Source: a virus
IMG/VR virus record: IMGVR_UViG_3300050016_000100
Location: 9,145-73,144 of that record
DNA length: 64,000 nucleotides
Reading direction: 5' to 3' (one strand)
Shown: positions 1 to 9,601 of the stretch, piece by piece
How positions within the stretch are numbered: position 1 is the first letter of the stretch
Layout of the letters: each line of letters starts with the position of its first letter
Notes under the pieces: model-generated
The model's input: the letters and a program-made list of their open reading frames with translations, nothing else
Told to the model about the DNA's origin: nothing
Database searches by the model: none
Position numbers and translations under genes: made by a program

Positions 1-2
1 CA

Positions 3-674
3 CCGATCGGTGATGCCAGGAAGGAATTGCTGCTGGCCGCCGATGCCTTCGGCCTCAATCGCGACTACATGCTCGCGGTAGCCAAGGTCGAGTCCGGCTT
101 CGCCTGTAAGCAAACGACCGGCCAATACAAGGGCACTTTCCAGCTCAGCAACCATGAGTTCGACACCCATCTGGGCGGCGGTGGGATCATGGACTGCCGG
201 CGCAACGCCTTTGCCGCGGCGAGCAAGTTTGTGACCGAGAAGATTCTGTTCGAGCACTTCGTCGGCCGCGAGGCTGCGTTCGAGGACATGTACCTCGTCC
301 ACCAGCAGGGACTCGGCGGCGCCATCGCTCACCTGACGCATCCCGACCGGATCGCGTGGCGGTCGATGTGCGCGACCGAGGAGGGCATCGAGAAGGGCGC
401 CGCGTGGTGCAAGCGGGCGATCTGGGGCAACACGCTGCCGGCGATCAAGGCCCGCGCCGGCTCCGTCGAGAAGCTGACCAGCGGCGAGTTCGTCGATCAC
501 TGGAACCGACGCATCGCCGGCCTTGTCGGCGGAACGGCTCCCGCGTTCGAGACGGCATCCGTCAAACCGGCATCAGCCGATCGCCGGAAACGTGCCCACC
601 ATCGCGGTGCCCGCATGGCCTACTACCAGTCCAGCAAGGAGAGCTACAATGCAGGGGCAGAGATTCCTCGCTAA
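3..674 (+). CDS. Lytic transglycosylase (SLT/lysozyme-like) endolysin, 5'-partial
   Basis: AVAKVESGF catalytic Glu motif, GTFQL motif, YLVHQQG motif; frame is open to the window edge. Confidence 0.75.
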   Translation, partial: PIGDARKELLLAADAFGLNRDYMLAVAKVESGFACKQTTGQYKGTFQLSNHEFDTHLGGGGIMDCRRNAFAAASKFVTEKILFEHFVGREAAFEDMYLVHQQGLGGAIAHLTHPDRIAWRSMCATEEGIEKGAAWCKRAIWGNTLPAIKARAGSVEKLTSGEFVDHWNRRIAGLVGGTAPAFETASVKPASADRRKRAHHRGARMAYYQSSKESYNAGAEIPR

Positions 675-1101
675 GGCGGCCGCGGTCTGCATCGCGCTCG
701 CGGTGACGATCTCGGTGGCGGATGCCGGGTGGGACTATGTCGGAACGCATAAGCCGCATCCGAGCAGCTGCGGCGGTGCGCGGATGGTCGCGCTCTCACG
801 CTATAACCTCCCGGGAAGTCAGGTCTCGATCAGCACGAGGGCCCGCCCGGTCTACTTCAACGCCGAGGCCAATACCTGCGCGTCGAACATGCCGGATGGA
901 TTCCAAAAGGGCAGAACGGTGAACCTAAGAAACCCGCGCACCGGGCAGACCAGCCACTGCATCATCAACGACACACTGCCACGAACTGGTGACGCGTGGC
1001 GTGTCGGAGTCCGCCTCGATGCGACGCCACTGGTCTTCCGGCAGCTTGGCCCTCTTGGGCCCGGCCGCAGGAAGGAATCGGGATGGGTGTGCGCGTCATG
1101 A
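649..1101 (+). CDS. Secreted RlpA/DPBB-like protein
   Basis: AAGGAG RBS; N-terminal signal; TCAS...GRTVNLRNPRTGQTSHCIIND...LDATPLVFRQLG resembles a double-psi beta-barrel. Confidence 0.6.
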   Translation: MQGQRFLAKAAAVCIALAVTISVADAGWDYVGTHKPHPSSCGGARMVALSRYNLPGSQVSISTRARPVYFNAEANTCASNMPDGFQKGRTVNLRNPRTGQTSHCIINDTLPRTGDAWRVGVRLDATPLVFRQLGPLGPGRRKESGWVCAS

Positions 1102-1436
1102 CGATCCACCGCCGCATCATATTATTCGTCATCGCCGTCGCCGCGTGCTGCCTCATCGGGGTCAAATTTGCTCCGGCCGGAACGCTCGTTCAGATGCCGC
1201 CGGCGAAGTGGAAGGGCTGCAAGCCGAAGGGCCATGTCACGATCCGGCACCATGTCGGGTTCGTCAGTTGCGGCGGCGTGATGGCGCCGTCCTGCGTGAC
1301 CTGGCGCGGGAAGAATTATGTCATCGACCTGCAAAGCGACGTCGACGCCTGCGTTCGCGGAAAGATGCTGGCGCACGAGATGGCACACACTTGCGGGTGG
1401 AACCATGAAGGCATGACGTGGGAACGATGTCCGTGA
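1098..1436 (+). CDS. Small secreted Cys-rich protein with metzincin motif
   Basis: Hydrophobic N-terminus; HEMAHTCGWNH fits HExxHxxGxxH; ATGA overlap with the upstream gene. Confidence 0.6.
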   Translation: MTIHRRIILFVIAVAACCLIGVKFAPAGTLVQMPPAKWKGCKPKGHVTIRHHVGFVSCGGVMAPSCVTWRGKNYVIDLQSDVDACVRGKMLAHEMAHTCGWNHEGMTWERCP

Positions 1437-1464
1437 TCTAGCGGCACGCTTCTAATAATGCTAT

Positions 1465-1577
1465 GCGCGAAGGCGGGCTCTGGTCTTTCGTATGTGGCCG
1501 GCGCCCGTGCCCTCCTTGGGCGTTTCCTCCCTAGACTTGGCCGCCGGTTCTTAGAAGGCTCCGGCGGCCTTTTTTTG
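1465..1577 (+). ncRNA. Candidate CU-rich sRNA (Rhizobiales BjrC1505/cuckoo-like)
   Basis: CCTCCTTGGGCGTTTCCTCCCTAGACTTGG followed by a terminator; TAATAAT upstream; 5' end is approximate. Confidence 0.45.
1539..1576 (+). terminator. Rho-independent terminator
   Basis: GGCCGCCGG/CCGGCGGCC 9-bp stem plus T7, between convergent gene blocks. Confidence 0.85.
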
Positions 1578-1578
1578 T

Positions 1579-2118
1579 TCATTGATCAACGATAGGCAAA
1601 AGCAGCATCAGCACATCGAGCGGGATCGGATTCGCCTGCGGACATTTCGGCGTGACGTCGAGGCATAGGTCCTCGCGTTTGATCCGGACCATGAGCGCGG
1701 ACGACGGTGCGGTGAAGGCCTTGTCCATGTCAGCCAGGAACGCCTCGCGTTTCGGGTCCGGCTCGCCTTCCTTTGGCAATTTATCGGCTGATCCGTAATG
1801 CTGCTTGATCAGTGCCGCGTGGGCGTCCTGATAGGCCTTGAGCACGATGTCGGACTGCTGCAGGTCGACCGACATTGCGAACATGACATCGCCGCCGAAG
1901 CGGTACGGCGTCGGCCGATCGGGGCCGTAGGGGACGTTCGCGATCTGCCCTTCCTTCCCGACCGAGACGTAGTATGTCAGGCGCCTAAGCGCTTGTCCGA
2001 CGCCGGTCACCTGCGCCACTGTCAGGCTCGATGCTTTCGCAGCCTTCGGCGGTTCGGCGGAGAACGCCGCAGTAGCGCAGCCGATCAGCATCACCGCCAT
2101 CATCATCGTCTTCATCAT
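1579..2118 (-). CDS. Hypothetical protein with signal peptide
   Basis: AGGAGAGG RBS; MMKTMMMAVMLIGCATAAFSA signal-like N-terminus. Confidence 0.7.
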   Translation of the reverse strand: MMKTMMMAVMLIGCATAAFSAEPPKAAKASSLTVAQVTGVGQALRRLTYYVSVGKEGQIANVPYGPDRPTPYRFGGDVMFAMSVDLQQSDIVLKAYQDAHAALIKQHYGSADKLPKEGEPDPKREAFLADMDKAFTAPSSALMVRIKREDLCLDVTPKCPQANPIPLDVLMLLLPIVDQ

Positions 2119-2315
2119 GTCGCCTCTCCTCGTTTCTGATTCACATTGCTGGACACGCTCCACGCCAGGCACACCACCCATCCGATCATCGTCCATCCGA
2201 AAAACAGGTTCACGATCAGGATCGACGCTCGGTTCATGTGATCGCGTCGATAGGCGATCATCGCCGGCAGCATGTAAACGAAGGGCACGAGAAACATCCA
2301 TAGCGGAGCGTCCAT
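2115..2315 (-). CDS. Superinfection immunity protein (T4 Imm-like)
   Basis: YMLPAMIA..R.H.N..SI.IVNLFFGWTMIGWVVCLAWS signature. Confidence 0.85.
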   Translation of the reverse strand: MDAPLWMFLVPFVYMLPAMIAYRRDHMNRASILIVNLFFGWTMIGWVVCLAWSVSSNVNQKRGEAT

Positions 2316-2325
2316 TGGATTCCTC

Positions 2326-2880
2326 CTAAGCTGTGTTCGCCTTTGCGAACATCTTGAATGGAACGCCACCGGGCTCCCGGTACTCAGCCCACGGCCAGCG
2401 GCGCAGGATTGACTCGTCTTGCGCGCGGAGCAGCCCAGCTCGAGCCGCATCAGGACCAAGCGCAAAAATCCAACGATCTTTCACCGATTGCTTTTCGCCT
2501 TCGATCCATGATCCGTTGCCGGTCGGCGGCGGCCGGAGCCGATGCCACGTTGGTGCCCACCACCAATTACACGCGCGATAGAGCGCGCCAGTATGACCTT
2601 GGCTCGGATCACTATAGCTGACGATAGTTGTAACTTCTGGGCGAGACTGACGCAGCGCGCGGACAAACGCCGCCCACTGGCGACTGCCATCGTTCGGTTG
2701 CCTGCGCGTAAGGCACCAACGGACGAGCTCAAGCCAATGCTGCGGAAGCCGCCGAGCAGTTGGCGGTGCTACGATGATCGCCCCAAACTCGTCGTGCCAC
2801 GCCATGCCGCGATTAATCGGGCCGAGATAATGGTTCTCGGTCAGCAACCCGGCGACAGATCGACAGCTAGTCCAAGCCAC
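2326..2880 (-). CDS. Mom-like GNAT DNA modification enzyme
   Basis: ENHYLG, LELVRWC and VSYSDPSQGHTGALYRACNW motifs. Confidence 0.75.
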   Translation of the reverse strand: MAWTSCRSVAGLLTENHYLGPINRGMAWHDEFGAIIVAPPTARRLPQHWLELVRWCLTRRQPNDGSRQWAAFVRALRQSRPEVTTIVSYSDPSQGHTGALYRACNWWWAPTWHRLRPPPTGNGSWIEGEKQSVKDRWIFALGPDAARAGLLRAQDESILRRWPWAEYREPGGVPFKMFAKANTA

Positions 2881-2888
2881 AGTCGCTC

Positions 2889-4956
2889 CTATCTCGGCTC
2901 GTGCTGTTCGCACCATTTGTCCGCGTGCGTAAGTGGCACGGCGTCATTCCATTTCAGTCCGCGCCACTTTGCAAAGCAGATTGCCGCGTGTCCGGGCGAG
3001 AGTGGAGCAAAATGCCTACACGTCGCACAAGTTGGGGTTAGATAATCGTGCGCCACCTCTGCAGCCTCTCGATCTTGCGGTGCGCCGCGCATCAAATTCT
3101 CCTATTTCTTTAGCGCGTTCATAACGAAACGGGCCTGCCGTCGATACTCTTTCCTCTCACGCGCAGCAAAAGCCTCGCGCCAATAGCGGTCGCTAAACTC
3201 ACGGCGGCCTTTGTCGGTTAGACCGGCGCGGGCGAGTGCCTTAGCTGCAATCTCAGTTTGGCTTTCCTTACGCACCGATTTCCTCCTATATATCGTCGGA
3301 CTTATCTGGGCAAACGTGAGCCATCGTCTTTTCAAGACGCACAACGCGCTCTTCAAGTGACGGCTTATCGTAAGAATCATTTTCCGGCACAATCCGGTAG
3401 CCGATGTTGGCGGCGATCCGCGTGGCGAACACTTCCTGCGCTTCGCAGCGCAGTTTAAGAATTTCCGCTAATAGACCATTTTCGCCGTGCGTTAAGATCA
3501 CGAAATTCTCCTTTATCTCTTGACCGTATCAGCGGCAATCTTGAGCGCCAACGATATTGCGTTCCATTCGGTCTTGTTCATGTACCAAACCGGAGCGTTG
3601 CGCGGCAGCTTGCGTTGCCGGTCAAATTCTTTCTTGACCTTGAGATAGGTCGCACGGCTGAAATTGCGCCGTTCCTTTTTGTAAGCCGCCTTCTGCTTTG
3701 CGGTCCACGACATCAAATTCTCCTGCTCTGTTAGTCACGCTTTCCGAAATGCGTGTACATCCAACCGCGCTTAATCCACCTCAACCCTAGAGCATGGATT
3801 GCGGCCAATGCCTCCTTTTCCTACTCAGTTAACCGGCGGCGACCATCGGCTCGCACCAGGCAGTCGCCTCCCCTACAGCCATTTTAGCGCCACCGATCTT
3901 GTGTCTAAAATTGACATGCAAGCAACCGTCCACATGGCAGAAGCATAACGGTTCGGTGAGTGCGATTGAGTGCGGCTGAGCCGCGCCGGGTTCCTCCTAA
4001 GATGGGTGGTTGTATTGGAGAACATATTTTTTGGCTTCATCCTTGTTCACGTCCTTGCCATCCCAATCGAGGTGGATGGTCTCGCAATCAAGTTGGTCAA
4101 TTAGCTCGCACAGAATGAGCCGCCGATCAGCGTCAGGATGATCCATCGCGCAGGACATCGAGACACCATCCGCAAAAAACCGCTCAAGGATTTTGACGGA
4201 CTTATCGGTGAAGCCGCCCCATCCCTTGATCGTTCCCCACTTAAGCGTCAGCGACTCGGCCATCGTGATCAGCTCCTACTTTGTTAAGCGATAGCCGTAG
4301 CAATCGCGGCCCCAGAACAAGCGCGAGCCACATACGAAAGAGTCTGGTTCCGGCACTTCATGGCAATAATAGTATTTGGTGTCGGCCTCATTCGCAGACA
4401 TGGCATTGCTGATGCGCGTCGAAACTTTCTCACAGCTTTCCAGGCTATCGAAATCCGAGACGTTGACCCGTCGCTCCATCGGGGTGCCTGCAAGAAACAC
4501 CACCATGAGAAGATATTTCACGGTCACTCCTATGCCTCGTTGGCGATTACGGACAACTTGCTCGCTGCCGATATGGTGACGTGGACTTCCTCTTTGCGAT
4601 CTGGAAACGCCAAGCCAATCCACAAGGTCTTGTCGTCCATCATTTCCATGTGGACAAACGGACCAGCCGCGACAAGTTCATCGAACGCGCCAGCTTCGTC
4701 GGGCCGCGTAAAGATTTTGCCATCCACCCACGTCTTGTCGATATGTTTGCCCAAGTCGGCTCCTTTTTCACCAACTCATGTGCGGTAAGAAATGTGACGC
4801 GGCGATCAGCGCCGCAACGATCAGGCCGCCGATCACGTAGGGCGCAACGCCGGAAGTTTGACCTGGCGCGTCACTCATGCCAGAAGCGAACAGCCCAAGC
4901 AGCCCGAGAGCGAGTGAGAGTAACGCGACGATTCCTGCGATTATAAATGCAACCAT
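2889..4956 (-). other. Run of tiny leftward hypothetical ORFs (about 2889-3092, 3102-?, 3286-3501, 3513-3713, 3997-4263, 4276-4521, 4530-4754, 4768-4956)
   Basis: Most are preceded by an AGGAG RBS, often with the upstream stop codon embedded in it. Confidence 0.65.
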
Positions 4957-4971
4957 GTTTCAGTCTCCTGC

Positions 4972-5301
4972 TCATTCAACGGTTGCGTGAACTTTTGACG
5001 GCGCGAGCATCTTCACGAAGATACTGATGTCGGTTTTCTTCTCGATGACCGGGCGGAACGCTTCTGCCCAAAACCATTTCTCTTGATCCGGTGCGTCTCT
5101 GAATGGGACAATCGGATTCACAATCTCGGCCAAGTGAACATGCTGCCGACCATCCTTGCCGATGCGGGTATCGCGCACGGTGTAAATCAAACCGCGCTTC
5201 GGCGTGACGACTTTCCAATAGGCACACCATGCGGCCCAATCGAAGCCGGGGCTACCTTCGGTTCCGATGCACACTACTTTCTGTCCAACGGTGAAAGCCA
5301 C
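4972..5301 (-). CDS. Hypothetical protein (F.VGQKVVCI...EIVNP...FRPV..KTDIS family)
   Basis: RBS plus GTG; paralog at 30267-30602. Confidence 0.75.
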   Translation of the reverse strand: MAFTVGQKVVCIGTEGSPGFDWAAWCAYWKVVTPKRGLIYTVRDTRIGKDGRQHVHLAEIVNPIVPFRDAPDQEKWFWAEAFRPVIEKKTDISIFVKMLAPSKVHATVE

Positions 5302-5310
5302 GAAAATCTC

Positions 5311-5907
5311 CTAATCCAGTAGCCCGCGACTGCGAGCAACATTTTCAAGTTGATACAGAAACCACGTCCGCCCAGGTATCGGATCAATGCCGAGCTTTTT
5401 CATGGCCGCTCGGCGCGTGCGCCAGTTCTTGTACTTGACGCTTTCCTTGACGCGCATCAGGTCACGTAGATCGTTGTCCGAGTATCGTTCCGCAAGCGGC
5501 GGCGTGCCCTTGCGGCCGTTGAATATCGACTTGCGGCCCTGCGCCAGTCTGCGGCATATCTCGCAGCCGTCGCGCTTCATTGCCGCCCAATTCTTGCGGC
5601 TATCCCGGCCGTTGGCATCCACCACCCATCGCCCGCGCTTGTGGATCGCCGTCTTGGTCGTAACCAGGCTATCGGTCCGGTCGAGCTTGCTGCCCTTGTT
5701 CTCGGCCAGCATTGCCGGGACAGCCACCAGCGCCACGCGCGGCGCTCGCATCATCTTGGCGTAGTCCTCAAGATTGCCGTCTTTGCCGATTACAAACCAA
5801 TCTGTCGGCTCGAACCGCGCCAGCATCACCCGCTGCTTATCGTCGGGGAACCCCGAAACCGGGTTTATCAGGGCGATATATTCGGGTTTATCCACCATTT
5901 CCCGCAT
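5311..5907 (-). CDS. Degenerate serine-recombinase (resolvase)-like protein
   Basis: Pattern resembles a resolvase (PVS..Q...L; MR...V.LV; D.L....I..RG..V; G....GRKG.P) but the catalytic Arg residues are missing. Confidence 0.4.
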   Translation of the reverse strand: MREMVDKPEYIALINPVSGFPDDKQRVMLARFEPTDWFVIGKDGNLEDYAKMMRAPRVALVAVPAMLAENKGSKLDRTDSLVTTKTAIHKRGRWVVDANGRDSRKNWAAMKRDGCEICRRLAQGRKSIFNGRKGTPPLAERYSDNDLRDLMRVKESVKYKNWRTRRAAMKKLGIDPIPGRTWFLYQLENVARSRGLLD

Positions 5908-5922
5908 ATCATAAAACAGGGG

Positions 5923-5952
5923 TGGACAAATAGCAAGGCCCGTGCTTATATT
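5923..5952 (+). promoter_or_regulatory. Candidate sigma70 promoter driving the rightward island
   Basis: TGGACA-N18-TATATT in an AT-rich divergent region. Confidence 0.45.
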
Positions 5953-6057
5953 CTCCCCAGGCCCCACGGGTTGCCCATTATTGGGAACAACGGCCAAGCC
6001 GACTAGAAGCAAATCCGGTGCATCGTGGGAAAGCCGGGCTTCTAAAGGAAAACGCCG

Positions 6058-6162
6058 ATGAAACGATGGCTTTACTGGCGCGTCGTATGGCTGAATGACA
6101 GAACCAATGGCCGATATTTGCGGCTGCAATCGCGGCTGTGGATTGCTGGTTGGAGCGATTGA
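6058..6162 (+). CDS. 34-aa Trp/Arg-rich peptide (not in the ORF track)
   Basis: AAGGA RBS; MKRWLYWRVVWLNDRTNGRYLRLQSRLWIAGWSD; stop overlaps the next RBS. Confidence 0.45.
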   Translation: MKRWLYWRVVWLNDRTNGRYLRLQSRLWIAGWSD

Positions 6163-6176
6163 AGGAACAGGCCGCC

Positions 6177-6554
6177 ATGAAATTCGCCACGGATGCAGTG
6201 CTCGGAACCTCGACAGGCCGCCTTTTGGGCGACATTGGCGGCATCTACAAGGTGCTTTCCTTCATGATCGGGCGCGCCGCCTATACGCACGATCTAGCAT
6301 TCTATGGCCGTCAGGCCAGCAAGGCGCTCAAGGCCGCGCTCCCCGATCTGCCGATTGAGAAAGATGCCGGTCATGTGACCGGCGAGAATTACCGCGATTG
6401 CTTGGAAACGTGGGTCAAGCAATTCGGTCCTGAAATCGACCTGCCTGACAGCCTGCGCGACTGTCTCGCGGACGACAAGAGCGCGATGCAGACGCTTACC
6501 GAAATGGTCGATCCGAAAAAGATAATTCCGATCACCGTCGGTCGCGAGGAATAG
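6177..6554 (+). CDS. Hypothetical phage protein
   Basis: GAAGGA-N-GCCGCC-ATG start. Confidence 0.7.
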   Translation: MKFATDAVLGTSTGRLLGDIGGIYKVLSFMIGRAAYTHDLAFYGRQASKALKAALPDLPIEKDAGHVTGENYRDCLETWVKQFGPEIDLPDSLRDCLADDKSAMQTLTEMVDPKKIIPITVGREE

Positions 6555-6800
6555 GCCGGACTTCCGGCAACATGCGCCTCGGTGATGCAGGGGCAGAGTA
6601 AATCAGATGGTCAATCATCCTAACCGCAGCAAAACCAAACTTTTGAAGTTCAATGTTCTCAATCGTTATTCTGGCGAAGTTCAATTCACAGCCGAGATTG
6701 ATTGCGCGGATGATGCCAAGGCTTCGGTCAAACTTGGCTTGGCAGTAAAGTGGGCGATTGAAAGCCGGGCCGACCTGAGCGGGGCCGACCTGAGCGGGGC
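6553..6800 (+). repeat. Copy 1 of a ~250-bp inverted duplication (partner 8482-8742, minus strand)
   Basis: Near-identical leader plus 5' end of the MVNHPNRSK gene. Confidence 0.9.
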
Positions 6801-7251
6801 CGACCTGAGCGGGGCCGACCTGAGCGGGGCCGACCTGAGCGGGGCCGACCTGAGCGGGGCCAACCTGAGCCGGGCCAACCTGAGCGGGGCCAACCTGAGC
6901 GGGGCCGACCTGAGCGGGGCCAAAGACGCGGATTACGCCATCGCCTGCACGCGCATTTTACCTGATGGCGAGCTGATCGGCTGGAAAAAGTGCAAAGAGA
7001 GCGTCATTGTCAAACTGCGCATCCCAGAGGCGGCAAAGCGCAGCCATGCGTTCGGTCGTAAATGCCGCGCTGAATTTGCGGACGTGATCGAAGTCATTGG
7101 CGGGGAAATTGGCTACGCGCTACATGACGGAAAGACTGAATACAAACCCGGCCAGCGCGTGACCCCCGACAAGTGGGACGATAACTGGATTGACGAATGC
7201 TCCAATGGCATTCACTTTTACATCACCCGCGCCGAAGCCGAGGCGCATTGA
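6607..7251 (+). CDS. Pentapeptide-repeat protein with DUF5758-like C-terminal domain
   Basis: (A[DN]LSG)x10; C-terminal GWKK..KCRAE..ECSNGIHFYITRAEA. Confidence 0.85.
   Translation: MVNHPNRSKTKLLKFNVLNRYSGEVQFTAEIDCADDAKASVKLGLAVKWAIESRADLSGADLSGADLSGADLSGADLSGADLSGANLSRANLSGANLSGADLSGAKDADYAIACTRILPDGELIGWKKCKESVIVKLRIPEAAKRSHAFGRKCRAEFADVIEVIGGEIGYALHDGKTEYKPGQRVTPDKWDDNWIDECSNGIHFYITRAEAEAH
6766..6921 (+). repeat. 15-bp tandem repeat x10 (GGGGCCGACCTGAGC)
   Basis: Seen directly; encodes the pentapeptide repeats. Confidence 0.95.
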
Positions 7252-7335
7252 AGGATTAGCCCGCATCCGGGCGACACCTTCTGGCACCCGATCCATCCAT
7301 TGAATGTATGGTCACACCATTCTATTTTTGAATTT

Positions 7336-7452
7336 TCACCCATCGGTTCTCTCCAGATAGGCAACGGCGGCACGAATCAAATCGACGCGATCTTCAAACT
7401 GTCCGAGGCCTACATTGCAGCGACTGCATATCAACCCGCGAACTTTGCCAGT
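7336..7452 (-). pseudogene. C-terminal fragment of an endonuclease VII-like gene
   Basis: TGKVRGLICSRCNVGLGQFED...AVAYL; the N-terminal CxxC/DHDH part is absent. Confidence 0.6.
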
Positions 7453-7466
7453 ACCATCTCGCCCAT

Positions 7467-7649
7467 TTATTTCGGCCTCCCACATTCCGGACAGCCGTGG
7501 ACCCAGACATCGGCGATCTTGCGTGATGACCATCCCTCGCGCTGCGCGGCCGGCCAGACCTCGGACCACTCGCCGCTCACGCCTTCGAACGTCGTGTCGC
7601 AGGAATCGCACTCGATAACAATTTTGTTATATTGCCGGTCCACGCTCAT
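7467..7649 (-). CDS. Small Zn-ribbon protein
   Basis: CDSC...GW...CPEC. Confidence 0.65.
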   Translation of the reverse strand: MSVDRQYNKIVIECDSCDTTFEGVSGEWSEVWPAAQREGWSSRKIADVWVHGCPECGRPK

Positions 7650-8212
7650 TTTGCCTTCCTCCTGAACGGTCGCTGGCCCTTCCCCGGCAGGCGGTTGGCG
7701 CTGCGCAGCGGCCGCGATGTAATCTGCTTTACCTGGGACGGCCTTTTCGGGAATCCACTTGCTTTTCGCCGAGCTTGGCCTTTCGCCCTGTTCTTCGCGA
7801 TCCGCTTGTTCTTCCGCGCCAGCCCGAGATCGCTGTGCTGTCCGTGCTGGCCCCGGACGCGGGTCTCGACGTCGTGGTCGGCCTCGGGCAGCCAGAACAG
7901 GTGCGCGGGCGAGTTCGCCGGCGGCCTGTAGCCGACGATGATGCCGCCGCGTTTAATTTTCTCCCGGTTTACCAGCGCGGGACGGTGATGCAGTTCGGCC
8001 TTCTGGTTTCCGAACAGCAACCGCAAAAACATATCGAGCTGCTCGCGCAGAGACGATCTTCCCTTCCAGTGTTCGCGATCTACGAATGAACGGAAGACCG
8101 AGGCGGCGCGTTCTCCGTTTTCATGCGCGAACGACTTGGCAGCGTCGAACTGCCGCTCCGCGACATGCACGCGGATCTTGAGCGGAATGTGCGGGCGCGG
8201 CAGGCGGCTCAT
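7646..8212 (-). CDS. HNH-like phage protein (degenerate)
   Basis: RPHIPL, ELHHRPAL, NSPAHL...H motifs; basic C-terminal tail. Confidence 0.5.
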   Translation of the reverse strand: MSRLPRPHIPLKIRVHVAERQFDAAKSFAHENGERAASVFRSFVDREHWKGRSSLREQLDMFLRLLFGNQKAELHHRPALVNREKIKRGGIIVGYRPPANSPAHLFWLPEADHDVETRVRGQHGQHSDLGLARKNKRIAKNRAKGQARRKASGFPKRPSQVKQITSRPLRSANRLPGKGQRPFRRKAK

Positions 8213-8688
8213 GATTTCCCCCTATGAATCGCGTCGACCATGCTCAGCCGAACGGATGGTCCTAGCTTCGGTGTCTTTCGATTTACTTTGCGAGGCCGAT
8301 AGACAAAAGTTTTCGAGGCATCCGCTGCGTCCTCGGCCTGCACGATCTCGGCCCACGCCTTTCCATCGCGCCGGAATAGCGGGAAGTCCGCATGGTCCCC
8401 ACCGACGATGTAGATCGGATAACCCTTGCTCTTGCCGGATGCGTTTAGGCGAAGGCCCCATCCGACGCCGGTCGGGTCGATCCGGCTCAGGTTGGCCCCG
8501 CTCAGGTCGGCCCCGCTCAGGTAGGCCCGGCTTTCAATCGCCCACTTTACTGCCAAGCCAAGTTTGACCGAAGCCTTGGCATCATCCGCGCAATCAATCT
8601 CGGCTGTGAATTGAACTTCGCCAGAATAACGATTGAGAACATTGAACTTCAAAAGTTTGGTTTTGCTGCGGTTAGGATGATTGACCAT
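8209..8688 (-). pseudogene. Chimeric ORF: pentapeptide N-terminus + ATPase fragment + unrelated tail
   Basis: N-terminus identical to the 6607 gene; IDPTGVGWGLR segment identical to 11979-12046. Confidence 0.8.
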
Positions 8689-8742
8689 CTGATTTACTCT
8701 GCCCCTGCATCACCGAGGCGCATGTTGCCGGAAGTCCGGCCT
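8482..8742 (-). repeat. Copy 2 of the inverted duplication
   Basis: Reverse complement of 6553-~6800; one GAC/TAC difference and only 3 pentapeptide units. Confidence 0.9.
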
Positions 8743-8934
8743 CTACTGACTGAAAACGCGGGTGGCGATATTTGCGGGGATCGTGAAGGGCCATGGTGCA
8801 GCGGAGATAAAAGCACAGATAGCAAAGCTCTCGCCATTTCTGATGCAGACGGGGCGATTGTAAAAGTAGCCGGTGCCGACAGCCCAACCAAAAATGTATA
8901 TCCAAAACATCGTTATTGCTGCTCGATCCGACAC
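8743..8934 (-). CDS. Small membrane protein
   Basis: Two hydrophobic segments; RBS motif upstream. Confidence 0.55.
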   Translation of the reverse strand: MSDRAAITMFWIYIFGWAVGTGYFYNRPVCIRNGESFAICAFISAAPWPFTIPANIATRVFSQ

Positions 8935-8940
8935 GGCGGG

Positions 8941-9120
8941 CTAATCCTTCAAATTGCGGATGGTCTGAGCGATGTCGTGGCCGATGGTTGGTTCGCCTAA
9001 TACTCTGCCGCGCTGATACGCTGTCTCGGCGCATCGTTCCCGCTCTTTTGCCCTAACGGCGTCAAAGCGATCACCAACGCGCTCCATCGCTTCTTTCAGA
9101 ATGTTAGGCGTATGTGTCAT
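8941..9120 (-). CDS. Hypothetical protein (ERERCA family)
   Basis: Paralog at 28113-28289. Confidence 0.65.
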   Translation of the reverse strand: MTHTPNILKEAMERVGDRFDAVRAKERERCAETAYQRGRVLGEPTIGHDIAQTIRNLKD

Positions 9121-9134
9121 ACATATCCCTTTCG

Positions 9135-9600
9135 GGCCTCTATATCCAAGTTGATTACGCGAGAAGCCCCTTGAGAGCTTCAGCGAATTTTCTCGTTTCT
9201 TCGTTATCCAGCTCGCGATGACAAAGTTGCTCGCGCTTGCCGTCGTTTTGCGCGGTCGGCTCTGTCCGGTAGACGCGGAAGGACGTGCGGCCCATCGCGC
9301 AAAGAGTAGTGGAAAACTCAATCTCCACCGATCCCCAACGCATCGGTCCCGGCTCACCTTTCCCGGCTTCGGTCCCGCAATAAAGTGAAACGCTTGCCAT
9401 GTGTGGGTAATCCTCTAGGTGTGAGCGTGACTTTTCAACCATGCCAAAACTTCGACAACGGCGGGGTCTGGTTTGTCGGGCCATAGTACCGGGTCAAAGG
9501 CTCCGTAACCGCGAATGACCTGATGCTGCGCCTCATATCGCGAAAGTGTCTCGAAGCATTCGAGGAACCGGGCAATTTGCGCTGCGGTTGGCATGGCGGC
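9135..9600 (-). repeat. Copy 1 of a 466-bp direct duplication carrying two ORFs (9415-9594, 9155-9400)
   Basis: Matches 11473-11938; one mismatch seen. Confidence 0.95.
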
Positions 9601-9601
9601 C

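Noticed and set aside
6766-6921. Possible CRISPR array
   Set aside because: 15-bp units with no spacers; they encode pentapeptide repeats, and no cas genes are present
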